Of a DNA stretch of 64,000 nucleotides, positions 1 to 9,713 are shown piece after piece; within the stretch, counting starts at the first letter, position 1; each line of letters begins with the position of its first letter. This stretch comes from an uncultured Actinomycetes bacterium (GTDB taxonomy: Bacteria > Actinomycetota > Acidimicrobiia > Spongiisociales > DATADW01): NCBI GenBank assembly GCA_963758695.1, contig CAVWWM010000002.1, positions 1,651-65,650 of the forward strand, read 5' to 3'. The position numbers and the translations under genes were made by a program. The notes under the pieces are model-generated. The model was given only the letters and a program-made list of their open reading frames with translations, ran no database searches and had not been told where the DNA came from.

Positions 1-192
1 CCGGTGCTGAAGGAGGGACCGATCGCACCGAGGACCTACGCCATCATGCCCCCAGACCGTTGGATGGGCAGAGTGCATGGCGGACGTCGATTGCGCGCCA
101 CCGCCTCCTCATTCTGAAACCATGCAGGTTGGAGGTCACGGTCCCCAGCGGGTGGGAATCATTCGCCGGCCACGCTCGTCCTGGCGCCGCCA

Positions 193-632
193 TTGCCTGC
201 GGAAGGCCCTGACGGCGCCGGGCTGGCCTTCGGGTGGTACGCCGTGGGACTTCACTCGGAACCCTGTCGCCCTGCGCCTCACAGCACGCCCGACATCCTG
301 ATCGGTCCGACTGTGGATGAATTCGTCGACGCGGTCATCGCTCATCCATCGCTGGATGTCACCGCCCCGGTCGATGTCGAACTTGGTGGCTATACAGGGC
401 AGTTCCTCACGCTGACCGCCCCGTCAGACATCACCGGCTGCGCCGACTGGCGCCCTTGGGAGCATGGGATCCCGCGCACAAGGCCCTGACAACATCTGGA
501 ACCTCTGGGTCGTCGACGTGGACGGGCTTCGGGTGATCGTGCACAGCGAGGAGTTCCCAGGAACCTCCGAGGAAGGATAAGGCCGAACTTAGGGCGATTG
601 CCGAGTCAATCCGCTTCGTGCCTGAGCCATAA
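193..632 (+). pseudogene. fragmented conserved hypothetical CDS (5' extent unclear, at least two frame changes)
   Basis: Protein-like translation VDEFVDAVIAHPSLDVTAPVDVELGGYTGQFLTLTAPSDITGCADWRPWE (ORF 193..489). It continues sensibly as NIWNLWVVDVDGLRVIVHSEEFPGTSEE and then DKAELRAIAESIRFVPEP-stop (630-632) only after frame changes near 480 and 575. Confidence 0.3.
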
Positions 633-1259
633 GCGCTGTCTGGCACCAGGGACAACGTGTCTCGGACGATGCGGGCGTCGTGTGTTGGACCATGGAACCC
701 TCGAAGGTCGCATGTCGGGCCAACATCGACTTCGAGATATGGCACCGCTCCATCCGGCGGCGCTGCCGAGAGTGCGAGCGGCTGCAGCGTCGGGGTCTGC
801 TCGTCGAGTGACGCTCCCGTTGGTATACGCAGGTCGGATACCAAACGCTCATTTGGGATAAAAACCCCATGTATTGATTGGGGCCCCTCCACTTGTTGGT
901 GGGTGGTCACGTAGCGTGGCCTCGGGAGGGGCTCCGGCCGTGACGAAAAAGCCCTGGGCCTTGGGGCCCGTTGACCTGATCGTTCCCGGAGCCCGTTCTC
1001 GAGCAGACCCGGTTGAGGAAATTGGTGGGATCTGATCGGCCTGGCCTCGGGTCCGGTGCACCGTATGAATCACATGGCTGGGTGGGCTACGTCGGCTGCC
1101 TGGCGATGTCGGGTGGGGTCGGGAGCATCCCTGAGCTTTTGGTCGAGCGCGAGCGAGGGGTTCTCCCGGGAACAATCAGTTGCGGGCGTCCCGGCCTAGC
1201 AGAGATGTAATCCCCATCTGGGCTGGCGGTGTCCGCTCGTGTGAAGGGAGAACCCCTCG

Positions 1260-2570
1260 ATGCAAGTGAACACATCAGACGCCCGGGTGTCTATCGGAAT
1301 TGATGCTGCGGTGGTGGCAGCTCACCAGGTGGCGGTTCGGGGCGAGGTCCGTGAGGACTTCAAGATCCGGTCGACGTTGGCCGGGTTGGCCGAGCTGACG
1401 CAGCGTCTCGAGCCTTATGCGGGGGCGATGGTGGTGGCCGAACCAACGGCGGGGACCTGGCTTCCGTTGGCGCATGCCGTGGCCGATGCCGGCTGTGGTA
1501 TCGGGTTTGTGGCTAACCGCGATTCGGCCCGGCTCCGCAGGGCGATCGTGGGTGCCTCCAAGACGGATGTGATAGACGCCGACATGTTGGCCCACTGCGA
1601 AGAGGTCCTCGGGGTGGTTCTGGCGCAGGTGCCGCCTCCGGGTCAGATCGCCCTCCGCCGGGCGATGAGACGTCGTCACATTGCCACGGTCGACGCCCAC
1701 CGGGCGGAATGCAGGCTGTGGGCGGTGGCGGCGTGGGCGTTCCCTGACCTGTGGCGAGCCACCGGCGGTCACACCCTGGCTCAGCCGCTGCTGGGCAATT
1801 GGCCGCATCTGGAGAGTCTGAGCCGAGCAAGGAGATCCTCGATCAGCGAAGTGATCGCAGCTCACAGTCGCGACCACGACCCGCAACGGAGGGCGGAGCG
1901 GATCCGGGACGCGGCCGCCGGCTGGGCCCGGTTCTGGAAGGGTCGCCTCGACCTCGACGCCCTCGCCTGGGAGGTGACCGCCATGCTCGATGACATCGCC
2001 GCTGCTGACCAACGGCAGAAAGATGCCACAAGACAGGCGACCCGGCTGTGGAAGCACCATTGGCCTGATGACCCGTTGATCTCGATCCCGGGGATGGGGC
2101 CGATCTGCTCGGCGGCGATCCGGGGCTGGTGGGGAGACGCCGCCCAGTTCCCTACGGCCAAAGCGGCAGTGGCACACACCGGTCTCAACCCGTCGATGTG
2201 GTCCTCAGGTCTCACCGAGAGCCCTTCCCGGCGGATCACCAAGCAAGGACCGGCCGAACTACGCCTCGCCCTCTACCAGGCGGCCAATGTTGCCCGACGA
2301 CACGACCCCCAACTCGCCGAGCACTACCGACGGCTCATGGTGGAACGAGGCCACAACCACATCTCGGCCAACACCGCCACCGCCCGAAAACTCGCCTGCA
2401 GAGCCTGGGCGATCGCCACATCCGGGCGGACCTACCAACCACGCGACCTCAACGGCAATCCGATAAACCACAACCAAGCCACCGCGCTCGCCGTTGAACT
2501 CACCATCGACGACGAAATCCGAGCCCGACGGCGCGGTCAAACCCGACGAGGACGACTAAACACGATCTGA
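1260..2570 (+). CDS. IS110-family transposase/recombinase
   Basis: Intact 436-aa ORF. N-terminal IGIDAA...VVAEPTAGTW...DVIDADMLA (DEDD-type region). C-terminal PGMGPICSAAI...TGLNPSMWSSG...ITKQGPAELRLALYQAANVA, typical of the IS110 Transposase_20 domain. AAGGGAG-type RBS about 9 nt upstream of the ATG. Confidence 0.9.
   Translation: MQVNTSDARVSIGIDAAVVAAHQVAVRGEVREDFKIRSTLAGLAELTQRLEPYAGAMVVAEPTAGTWLPLAHAVADAGCGIGFVANRDSARLRRAIVGASKTDVIDADMLAHCEEVLGVVLAQVPPPGQIALRRAMRRRHIATVDAHRAECRLWAVAAWAFPDLWRATGGHTLAQPLLGNWPHLESLSRARRSSISEVIAAHSRDHDPQRRAERIRDAAAGWARFWKGRLDLDALAWEVTAMLDDIAAADQRQKDATRQATRLWKHHWPDDPLISIPGMGPICSAAIRGWWGDAAQFPTAKAAVAHTGLNPSMWSSGLTESPSRRITKQGPAELRLALYQAANVARRHDPQLAEHYRRLMVERGHNHISANTATARKLACRAWAIATSGRTYQPRDLNGNPINHNQATALAVELTIDDEIRARRRGQTRRGRLNTI
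1260..2570 (+). mobile_element. IS110-family insertion sequence (core only; true ends lie somewhere in 633-1259 and 2571-2775)
   Basis: The transposase gene sits in the gap between two convergent host genes. This family lacks classical inverted repeats, so the ends cannot be fixed from a single copy. Confidence 0.6.
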
Positions 2571-2775
2571 CCAGCCCTGACAACCAGCGCTCGACCATCA
2601 CCACCGCACCGCCGGCCAACCCGACGCGCCCACACACGGTGAACAACAACCCCTTGACACCCGTTAGGAAATCAGGTCAGGGCCATTGCTACCGGTACTC
2701 GTCGTAGTGGACGTTGCCGGCGACGCCGCGGGAAGCGCTTGAGAGCACCGTTCCGGGTCCATCCGATGACAGGCC

Positions 2776-3715
2776 TCAGCCTGTACCCGCCCAGTCCAGG
2801 ACACGCATCGCCCGCATCGTGTTCCATCGGCTGGGGAAGCCGTCGGGCCCTTCCATCTCGAAGTGCGTCGGACCCTGGTGCGTGTTCTCCAGCGGCCATC
2901 TGCCCTTGGCATCGCGCTTCCCCGCCACCAGCTCGACAGCCTCGGCGGACCGGTCGTCGAGGGCGGCGCCGGTCGACCGGAAGTAGTCCAGACCGCGGAG
3001 CACGTCGTAGTACCAGCGCGGTCGGAAAAGAGAACATGGTGAATCTCGGGTCGACGATCTGTCTGGTCGAACGTCCACGGAAAAGACCCCGCTCGAGGAG
3101 GTACTCCTCGCCCCGCAAGCGGGCGGCCGCCACCGGCTCGGACGATCCCCCGGCATGTTCCCACGCCAGCAGCCCCTCGAGCACACAGATCAGCGTGTGG
3201 AACGACGACACCGTCGCCCCATACTCGGCAAAACAGTTCCAGCCCCCATCGTCGAGTTGCTCGCTGAGCAGGCGGTCGACGATTCCGTCGACGGCCTCCC
3301 CGAAGTAGGCACCGTTCGCAAGTGCGATTCCATTGATACATGGCTCTGTCTCGCCGTCGAAGTAGAGGGCGTTGTTGGCGTCCCACCGCACGTTCGTGCC
3401 AACCAGCGAGATGGCTCGGCGTGCCTCGGCGGAGTCGGGGTCGACACCAAGATCACACAGCAGTTGGAGCGAGAAGTGGGTCGCCGTCCAGGCGTCGAAG
3501 AACGGTTTCGTGTCATCGGCCCAACCGGGCCGATAGGTTCCGCCGTCCCACCTGCCGTCATCCGCCTGCAGCGCGAGCAGCTCCGCACCCCACCCCTCCA
3601 CTGCGACCCGGTCACGCTCGGCCCCAACGACCTCGATTGGCTCGTTGGTCATGTCGCGGATCACGTGCCAGCGGATCGCCGGATCCGAGTCGAGAAGCCA
3701 GTCTGTAACGCTCAT
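2776..3715 (-). CDS. prenyltransferase/terpene-cyclase-like alpha-alpha toroid repeat protein, one frame change near 3028
   Basis: DGRWDGG and DDGGWNCF repeat motifs. After ...DPRFTMFSF the sensible sequence RPRWYYDVLRGLDYF...GKRDAKGRWPLEN...RWNTMRAMRVLDWAG continues in the frame of ORF 2776..3186. The shift lies in the run tcttttcc (minus strand). Confidence 0.6.
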
Positions 3716-3732
3716 CTAGTCAGATCACCTTC

Positions 3733-4758
3733 CTACCAGTACTCCTCATAGTGAACATTCCCTTTGACCCCTCGGCGGTCGATGGTGAAACCCATCTCGT
3801 GGAGGATCTGGCACATCCCCACCGTTTCGGGGAACGTTGGTTCGTCGCCCTCCCATTCGGCGAGCCCGATCATCGCCGGATTACCGCACAGGTAGACGTG
3901 GGTGGTGGTGGGGTCGAGGTCCGTCCCAAGAGCTACCGCTAGCGAGCCGTCGGCGGCAAGCTCCTGGAGATAGCGCTTGGGAGCGCCACCCGGGTCACGA
4001 GTTATGACCGGCAGGTAGTGGTAGTTGGGGTACCGCTGCTCCAATTGGTGGTGCTCCTCGATGTAGGCGAGGTCATCGGGGTACCGCACCGAGACCGCAC
4101 CGAGGATCGGCCCGTAGTGACCCTTGCGGAGCAGTTCCACCACCATGGCGTTGTGCGGCGCCTCGCCGGTCCCGGTGGAGAGGAAGAGAACGGGGGCGGA
4201 TGGGTCGTCAACCGCATCGAGCGTGTATCTCCCCGCCATCTTCGGTCCCAGGTAGACCCGGTCGCCGACTCGTTTCAGGGCGAGGCGGGGGGTGAGACCG
4301 GGGATGCGATCGCCCTCCGGCGCCACCAGGACGATGTACAGCTCGATCTCGTCCTCGTGGACCGGGTCCACCATGTACCCGCGGGTGTCGAACAACGGGC
4401 TAGAGATGGAGTAGGAGCGGCGGATCAGCTTCTCCCGGTTCGCCTCGGGGATAAGGTCGTCGACGTCGTCGATTCGCGGCTCCCATGCCCCCATCCCGAG
4501 AGTGCAGTACTGCCCCACCCGCCACGGCGCCTGGCCGCCGTCGGGACGCACCCTGAGCCGCCACAGCTCGTTGTGGGCGGTGTCGAAGTGGGTGATGGTG
4601 GCGTTGTAGTGCTGGGCCCGCAGGTCCTCGACCCTATGGGCGTCGATCTGGAAGCCGTGCTGGGGCCCGGCCAGGTCGGGGAGGGTGGGGAAGCACGCCT
4701 CCCGGATCGCCTCCCATGCCCGCCCCGACGGGACGAGGTGGTCCTGTGCCGGCTCCAC
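3733..4758 (-). CDS. ferredoxin-NADP+ reductase (plant-type FNR family)
   Basis: RSYSISS (FAD RxYS motif), LFLSTGTGEAP (NADPH GTGxAP motif) and the aromatic C-terminus ...VHYEEYW. GTG start. Confidence 0.85.
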   Translation of the reverse strand: MEPAQDHLVPSGRAWEAIREACFPTLPDLAGPQHGFQIDAHRVEDLRAQHYNATITHFDTAHNELWRLRVRPDGGQAPWRVGQYCTLGMGAWEPRIDDVDDLIPEANREKLIRRSYSISSPLFDTRGYMVDPVHEDEIELYIVLVAPEGDRIPGLTPRLALKRVGDRVYLGPKMAGRYTLDAVDDPSAPVLFLSTGTGEAPHNAMVVELLRKGHYGPILGAVSVRYPDDLAYIEEHHQLEQRYPNYHYLPVITRDPGGAPKRYLQELAADGSLAVALGTDLDPTTTHVYLCGNPAMIGLAEWEGDEPTFPETVGMCQILHEMGFTIDRRGVKGNVHYEEYW

Positions 4759-5495
4759 ACCGTGCTGTCCTCCAACACGAACAGACCTTCCGGAGCTTGC
4801 TCACCGGCTTCCAGTAGCCCCTCGAGTGACGGGTCGGAGGCGACGCCGAGAGCGAAGACGACGTGGTCGAACTGGAGGTCAGGGGTGCGGCGATCCTCGA
4901 ACACGGCCATCGGGTACCCGCCGACATCGTCTATGGCCGACGGCTCGGAACGCCAGAGGACGGTGACCATCTGCTGTCGCTCCAGGTCGGAGAGGGTGCG
5001 GCGGGTCAGCGATGAGAGATCGGCGAACTCCCCGGTGAAGCAGAGCACCACCCGGGCGTCCCCCTCCACCAGTTCGAAAGCCGCCGCCGCGGCCCGTTCT
5101 CCCGGACCGACCACCAGCACATCCAGGTCCCGGGTGGCCAACCCCAAGGCCCGGAAGTGGATTCGATCCTCGAGCGACACCGGGAGTTCGTATGCGGGTC
5201 GAAGGGGCGTCTCGGTGGTTCGCTCGGCAATGGCACACGCCGTCGCCTGGAAGGTGTCAGCCACCGACTCGACGAGGACCGATCCATCGGGACCTCGCCC
5301 AATGCGTCGCAGCGGTGATTGGTAGCGGACGGTCAGGCCGTAGCGGCCAACCGCGTCCAGGGGCCGGACAGCGTCGCTCCCCGCGAGCACCAACACCCTC
5401 GCCAGTCCGGCGTGCTCCGCCTCTACCGCTAGCGAGAGCGCCGCCGGCGTCCCCCCGGCGACGATCAGGTCATACGACGCCACCACGGAGTTCAC
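4425..5495 (-). CDS. FAD/NAD(P)-binding oxidoreductase; the domain-like part ends near 4760 and the rest is an out-of-frame read over the FNR gene
   Basis: Two Rossmann dinucleotide motifs (YDLIVAGGTPAALSLA and DVLVVGPGERAAAAA). GTG start at 5495 overlaps the ligD stop (GTGA). There is no stop codon until 4425, and the last ~110 codons are an Arg/Pro/Ser-rich tail. Confidence 0.55.
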   Translation of the reverse strand: MNSVVASYDLIVAGGTPAALSLAVEAEHAGLARVLVLAGSDAVRPLDAVGRYGLTVRYQSPLRRIGRGPDGSVLVESVADTFQATACAIAERTTETPLRPAYELPVSLEDRIHFRALGLATRDLDVLVVGPGERAAAAAFELVEGDARVVLCFTGEFADLSSLTRRTLSDLERQQMVTVLWRSEPSAIDDVGGYPMAVFEDRRTPDLQFDHVVFALGVASDPSLEGLLEAGEQAPEGLFVLEDSTVWSRHRTTSSRRGGHGRRSGRRASPPSPTWPGPSTASRSTPIGSRTCGPSTTTPPSPTSTPPTTSCGGSGCVPTAARRRGGWGSTALSGWGHGSRESTTSTTLSPRRTGRS

Positions 5496-6984
5496 CGACC
5501 CGGCGACGCCCCCACGGTGGCCAGGTCCTCGAACCGGCACTCGCGGGGATCCTTGTCGTCACGCAACCCCTTGAACGACGGAGCGCGCAGCCGCCCCGCA
5601 TCGGTCAGTTGGCGGTACTCGACCGTCGCCACCAACTCGGGCTCCACCCACCGGACCTGACGCACCTGGGGGACCGCCTTGCGCTCGACAGCGTCGAGCA
5701 CGGGTTCCTTCCGTTCGCGGGTTGCCAACTCGGACAACACCGCAGCGAGCGAATCGCGGTTGAACCCGGTGCCGACGTTGCCGACGTAATGGAGCCCCTC
5801 GCCTTCGTAGGCTCCGAGGACCAGCGATCCAATCGTCCCCGACCGGTTGCCGGCACCCGGTCGCCACCCGAGCACAACGACATCGGCGTCGAGCACCGTC
5901 TTGATCTTCACCCAGTCGGGCGAGCGGCGTCCCGGGTGATAGCGCGAATCGATGCGCTTCGCCATCACACCCTCCAAACCCTGCGCCTTCGCCGCGTCGT
6001 AGAGCGCTATCCCCGAGCCGGCAACGACCGGTGACACCTGGAGTGTGTTCGACGGAACGACGATCTCCCCAAGCAAGCTCTGTCTCTCGGTGAGAGGACG
6101 AGCGGTCAGGTCCTCCCCGTCGAGGTAGAGCAGGTCAAAGGCCATGTAGGTCACAGGAGCTGACCGGGACGCCCTCTCGACATCAGCCGGTCTGCGGAGG
6201 TGCATGCGGTGCTGCAGCGCCTGGAACGAAGGGATCCCGTTCTCCAACGCTATGACCTCACCGTCGAGCATGGCACTTGTCGCCACCAGCCGGTCGTAGA
6301 GTCCCGCCAGTTCGGGATAGGCGACGGTGACATCGTGGCGGTTGCGCGATACCAACCGGGTCTCGTGGGTGCAGGTCGCGATGGCGCGGATGCCGTCCCA
6401 CTTCGGCTCGAAGCTCCATCCCGGTCGTCGAAGGCGTCGTCACCGAGTGTGGCCAGCATCGGCTCCGGCTGCGGGAATGGCGCCGGCGGAGGACGGAGAT
6501 CCTCGGAGAGGATGGCGAGCCACTGCTCTTTTCCCTGCTCCGTGCCGGTTCGTATGAGGTGCCAGATGCCGCGCAGCCGCTCTCCCTCCAGCCGGAAAGT
6601 GAGTTTCCCCGGTTCGCGGTCGAGCATCTCGTAGTCGCCCCGGTCGAAGATCCGGACCTCCCCACCCCCGTATTCACCTTTCGGGATCGATCCGGAGAAG
6701 GTGCGGTACTCCCACGGGTGGTCCTCGACGTGGATGGCGAGGGTGCGTACGCCCGGGCGCAGTGGGAGGCCCTTGGGCACCGCCCAGCTCACCAAGACAG
6801 GGGTGTCGCCGTTGAGCATCTCCAGCCGGACGTCGTGGTGGAGCCGTGTCGCATAGTGCTGCTGGATGACGAAGTGGTTCCCAGGTTTCGCAACCGCCGG
6901 ATCGACATCCCCGGCGAAGGAACCGGGCGGCTCCGGTGTGCGCTCGAAGCTGCGCTTGCGGTCGTACTCGGAGGTCTTGGCCAT
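5492..6984 (-). CDS. ligD: LigD-type ATP-dependent DNA ligase, phosphoesterase + ligase domains, one frame change near 6418
   Basis: N-terminal 3'-phosphoesterase motifs FVIQQHYATRLHHDVRLE...WAVPKG (ORF 6250..6984). The ligase adenylation motif EPKWDGIR and the OB-fold part lie in the frame of ORF 5492..6355. Junction ...DDAFDDRD|WSFEPKWDGIRA needs a 1-nt shift. No polymerase domain. Confidence 0.85.
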
Positions 6985-7012
6985 CAGGCCCGTGCCCGCC
7001 CACTGTCACGGA

Positions 7013-7711
7013 TCACTTCGCCGCTGCCCGCGCCTTGGCCAATTGCTCCTTCTTCTGTTCGATCCGCCGCTGCGCCGAGTCGACGACCCGCTGGGCCTGG
7101 TCGGCGTGCCGGCGCGCCTCCTTGGCCTCCTTCTGGAGCGAAGACATCTCTCCCTCGAGTTGAGCCACCTCCTCGGTCAGGGCGGCGATCCGGGCGTCTG
7201 CCTTGCTGGGCCTGGGCGGTCGAGGCTCGGATGGCGGAGCGGCAGTCAATGCGACCTCGCCAAACCCCGAAAGCTCCAACTCGGCGGTGAGCCTGCCATC
7301 ACGCAGCGCCTCTTCGGCGGAGGGGTCGGAGGCGGTGGCGAGCAAGGTTCGGGCCATCCGTTCCCTGGTCGACTCGGCCGCGCCCAGCCCCGCCTCTTCG
7401 AGGAGCTCTGCGGCCCGGTCCACCAGCTTCCGCACCACACGAAGGCGCTCGTCCGAAGCCTTCCTCGTGTCGGCGACCGACGCCGCACCCCTGAGCGAGG
7501 CGTTCGCCTTCCCGAGGGCCTTGATCAGGATGGGAGCATGGCGAGCCAATTGGTCGAGGCCCCAAACCACGGTCGTCGGCTTGCGGAGCCCCGCCACCTC
7601 GGCGGCCTCGGTCTCGTTGCCACCGGCTCGCAGTTCCTTGGCGATCCTGTTGCGCGTGGCGACGAACTCGTCCAACGGGACGCCAAACAACTCCGCAAGG
7701 CGGTCGGTCAT
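7013..7711 (-). CDS. hypothetical protein with C-terminal coiled coil
   Basis: Likely ATG at 7711 (MTDRLAELFGVPLDEFVATRN...). The tail EEVAQLEGEMSSLQKEAKEARRHADQAQRVVDSAQRRIEQKKEQLAKA is heptad-like. No family recognised. Confidence 0.5.
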   Translation of the reverse strand: MTDRLAELFGVPLDEFVATRNRIAKELRAGGNETEAAEVAGLRKPTTVVWGLDQLARHAPILIKALGKANASLRGAASVADTRKASDERLRVVRKLVDRAAELLEEAGLGAAESTRERMARTLLATASDPSAEEALRDGRLTAELELSGFGEVALTAAPPSEPRPPRPSKADARIAALTEEVAQLEGEMSSLQKEAKEARRHADQAQRVVDSAQRRIEQKKEQLAKARAAAK

Positions 7712-7796
7712 CACCGACACGCTATCCGGCTCGCTGGCCCTAGTGGGCTGCGCGGTTCGGCGGTGGTCCCGGGCGTCCCGGTTAGCCTCGACCGAC

Positions 7797-9713
7797 GTGC
7801 CCAAAGCCACTGCCGATCCGGCTCCGCTCCAGCTGACCGACGACGACCTGTTCCTCTTCAACGAGGGGAACCATTTCCGCCTCTACGACAAGTTCGGCGC
7901 CCACCTCGGTGCTCGAAAGGGCGTGGATGGAGCCTTCTTCACCGTGTGGGCGCCGGACGCCGAATACGTGTCGGTGATCGGAGAGTTCAACGAATGGGAA
8001 CCGGGCGACAACCCGCTCGCCGTGAAGGGCGACTCCGGGATCTGGACGGGGTTCATCGCCGGGGTTGGCGAGGGGTCTACGTACAAGTACCACATTGCAT
8101 CGCGCCACCGTGGCTACCGGGTGGACAAGGCAGACCCGTTCGCCTTCGACAACGAAGTGCCGCCGGCAACGTCGTCTGTGGTGCGCGACCTGGCCTACCA
8201 GTGGGGCGACCAGAGTTGGATGACCGCCCGAGCCCGGCGGGACCTGCGGAGGGATCCGGTGGCGATCTACGAGGTCCATCTCGGCTCGTGGATGCGCGAT
8301 GTTGACAACCGCCCGTTGGGTTACCTCGAGGTTGCCGATCGCATGGTCGAGCATCTCGACAACCTTCATTTCACCCATGTCGAGTTCCTCCCCGTCATGG
8401 AGCACCCCTATGAGGGCTCCTGGGGGTACCAGTCGCTCGGCTACTTCGCACCGACGGCTCGGTTTGGGAGCCCTCAGGACTTCATGACTCTGGTCGACCG
8501 TCTCCACCAGGCCGGTTACGGGGTGATCTTCGACTGGGTGCCGTCGCACTTCGCGGTCGATCTTCACGGTCTCGTCTACTTCGACGGAACCCACCTCTAC
8601 GAGCACGCTGATCCCCGCCAGGGGTTTCACCCCGATTGGGGCACCTTCATCTTCAACTACGGGCGCAACGAAGTCCGGAGCTTCCTCATCTCGTCGGCGC
8701 TCTTCTGGTTGGACCGTTATCACATCGATGGGCTGCGGGTCGACGCCGTCGCCTCGATGCTCTACCTGGACTATTCGCGACCCGCCGGACAGTGGATCCC
8801 CAACCGCTACGGAGGCAACGAGAACCTGGAGTCGATCGAGTTCCTCCGCAAGCTCAACGAGGCGGTCTACGAGTCGTACCCGGGGGTGGAGACGTTCGCC
8901 GAGGAGTCAACCGCCTGGCCCGGGGTGTCGCGACCGACATATCTCGGAGGGCTCGGGTTCGGGTTCAAGTGGGACATGGGGTGGATGCACGACACGCTTG
9001 ATTACCTGAGTCGTGACCCGGTGTTCCGCAGCCATCACCACACCGAGCTCACCTTCCGCGGGCTGTATGCGTGGACCGAGAACTATTGCCTGCCGCTGAG
9101 TCACGACGAGGTGGTGCACGGCAAGCGCTCACTGCTGGAGAAGATGCCAGGCGATGACTGGCAGAAGTTCGCCAACCTGCGACTGCTCTTCGTGAGCCAG
9201 TTCGCTCAATCGGGCAAGAAGCTTCTCTTCATGGGTGCCGAGATCGGCCAGCGGCGCGAGTGGAACCATTCGATCGGGGTCGACTGGCACCTCCGCCAGT
9301 TCGCGGCGCACGCCGGTGTCGAGCGTCTCGTGGCGGACCTGTGCCGGGTCTATCGCGACGAGCCTGCACTGCACGTCCTCGACTGTGACGCCGCCGGCTT
9401 CGAGTGGATCGAGGCCAACGACTGGCAGGGCAGCACCCTCGCCTTCCTCCGCAAGGACGATGGTGACGAGATCGTGCTGGTCGTGCTCAACGCCACACCC
9501 GTGCCCCGGTACAACTACCGGGTCGGCGTCCCCAGGGACGGGACCTGGACCGAGATCCTCAACAGCGACGCCCTCATCTACGGCGGGAGCGGGCACGGCA
9601 ACCTCGGCGAGGTCGAAGCGGTCCCCAACGGGACGCATGGGCGACCCTTCTCGATCGGGCTCACGCTGCCCCCCCTTGCCGGGGTGATGCTGCGCAATCG
9701 CCCCGCTCCGTGA
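7797..9713 (+). CDS. glgB: 1,4-alpha-glucan branching enzyme (GH13)
   Basis: LFNEGNHFRLYDKFGAH, then GH13 regions DWVPSHF, GLRVDAVASMLY, FAEESTAWP and LSHDEVVHGK. In-frame GTG at 7797. The ORF upstream of it (7203-7796) is antisense to the neighbouring gene. Confidence 0.9.
   Translation: MPKATADPAPLQLTDDDLFLFNEGNHFRLYDKFGAHLGARKGVDGAFFTVWAPDAEYVSVIGEFNEWEPGDNPLAVKGDSGIWTGFIAGVGEGSTYKYHIASRHRGYRVDKADPFAFDNEVPPATSSVVRDLAYQWGDQSWMTARARRDLRRDPVAIYEVHLGSWMRDVDNRPLGYLEVADRMVEHLDNLHFTHVEFLPVMEHPYEGSWGYQSLGYFAPTARFGSPQDFMTLVDRLHQAGYGVIFDWVPSHFAVDLHGLVYFDGTHLYEHADPRQGFHPDWGTFIFNYGRNEVRSFLISSALFWLDRYHIDGLRVDAVASMLYLDYSRPAGQWIPNRYGGNENLESIEFLRKLNEAVYESYPGVETFAEESTAWPGVSRPTYLGGLGFGFKWDMGWMHDTLDYLSRDPVFRSHHHTELTFRGLYAWTENYCLPLSHDEVVHGKRSLLEKMPGDDWQKFANLRLLFVSQFAQSGKKLLFMGAEIGQRREWNHSIGVDWHLRQFAAHAGVERLVADLCRVYRDEPALHVLDCDAAGFEWIEANDWQGSTLAFLRKDDGDEIVLVVLNATPVPRYNYRVGVPRDGTWTEILNSDALIYGGSGHGNLGEVEAVPNGTHGRPFSIGLTLPPLAGVMLRNRPAP

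Noticed and set aside
1275-2177. 300-aa ORF on the minus strand
   Set aside because: Antisense to the intact IS110 transposase, with a low-complexity Arg/Pro-rich translation.
4018-5325. 435-aa ORF on the plus strand
   Set aside because: Antisense to the FNR and oxidoreductase genes, which carry clear cofactor motifs. The composition is not protein-like.
7203-7796. N-terminal 198-codon extension of the glgB ORF, and the overlapping 479-aa ORF 6866..8305
   Set aside because: The extension is antisense to the 7013..7711 gene and is Ser/Ala/Arg-rich. GlgB homology begins only after the GTG at 7797.
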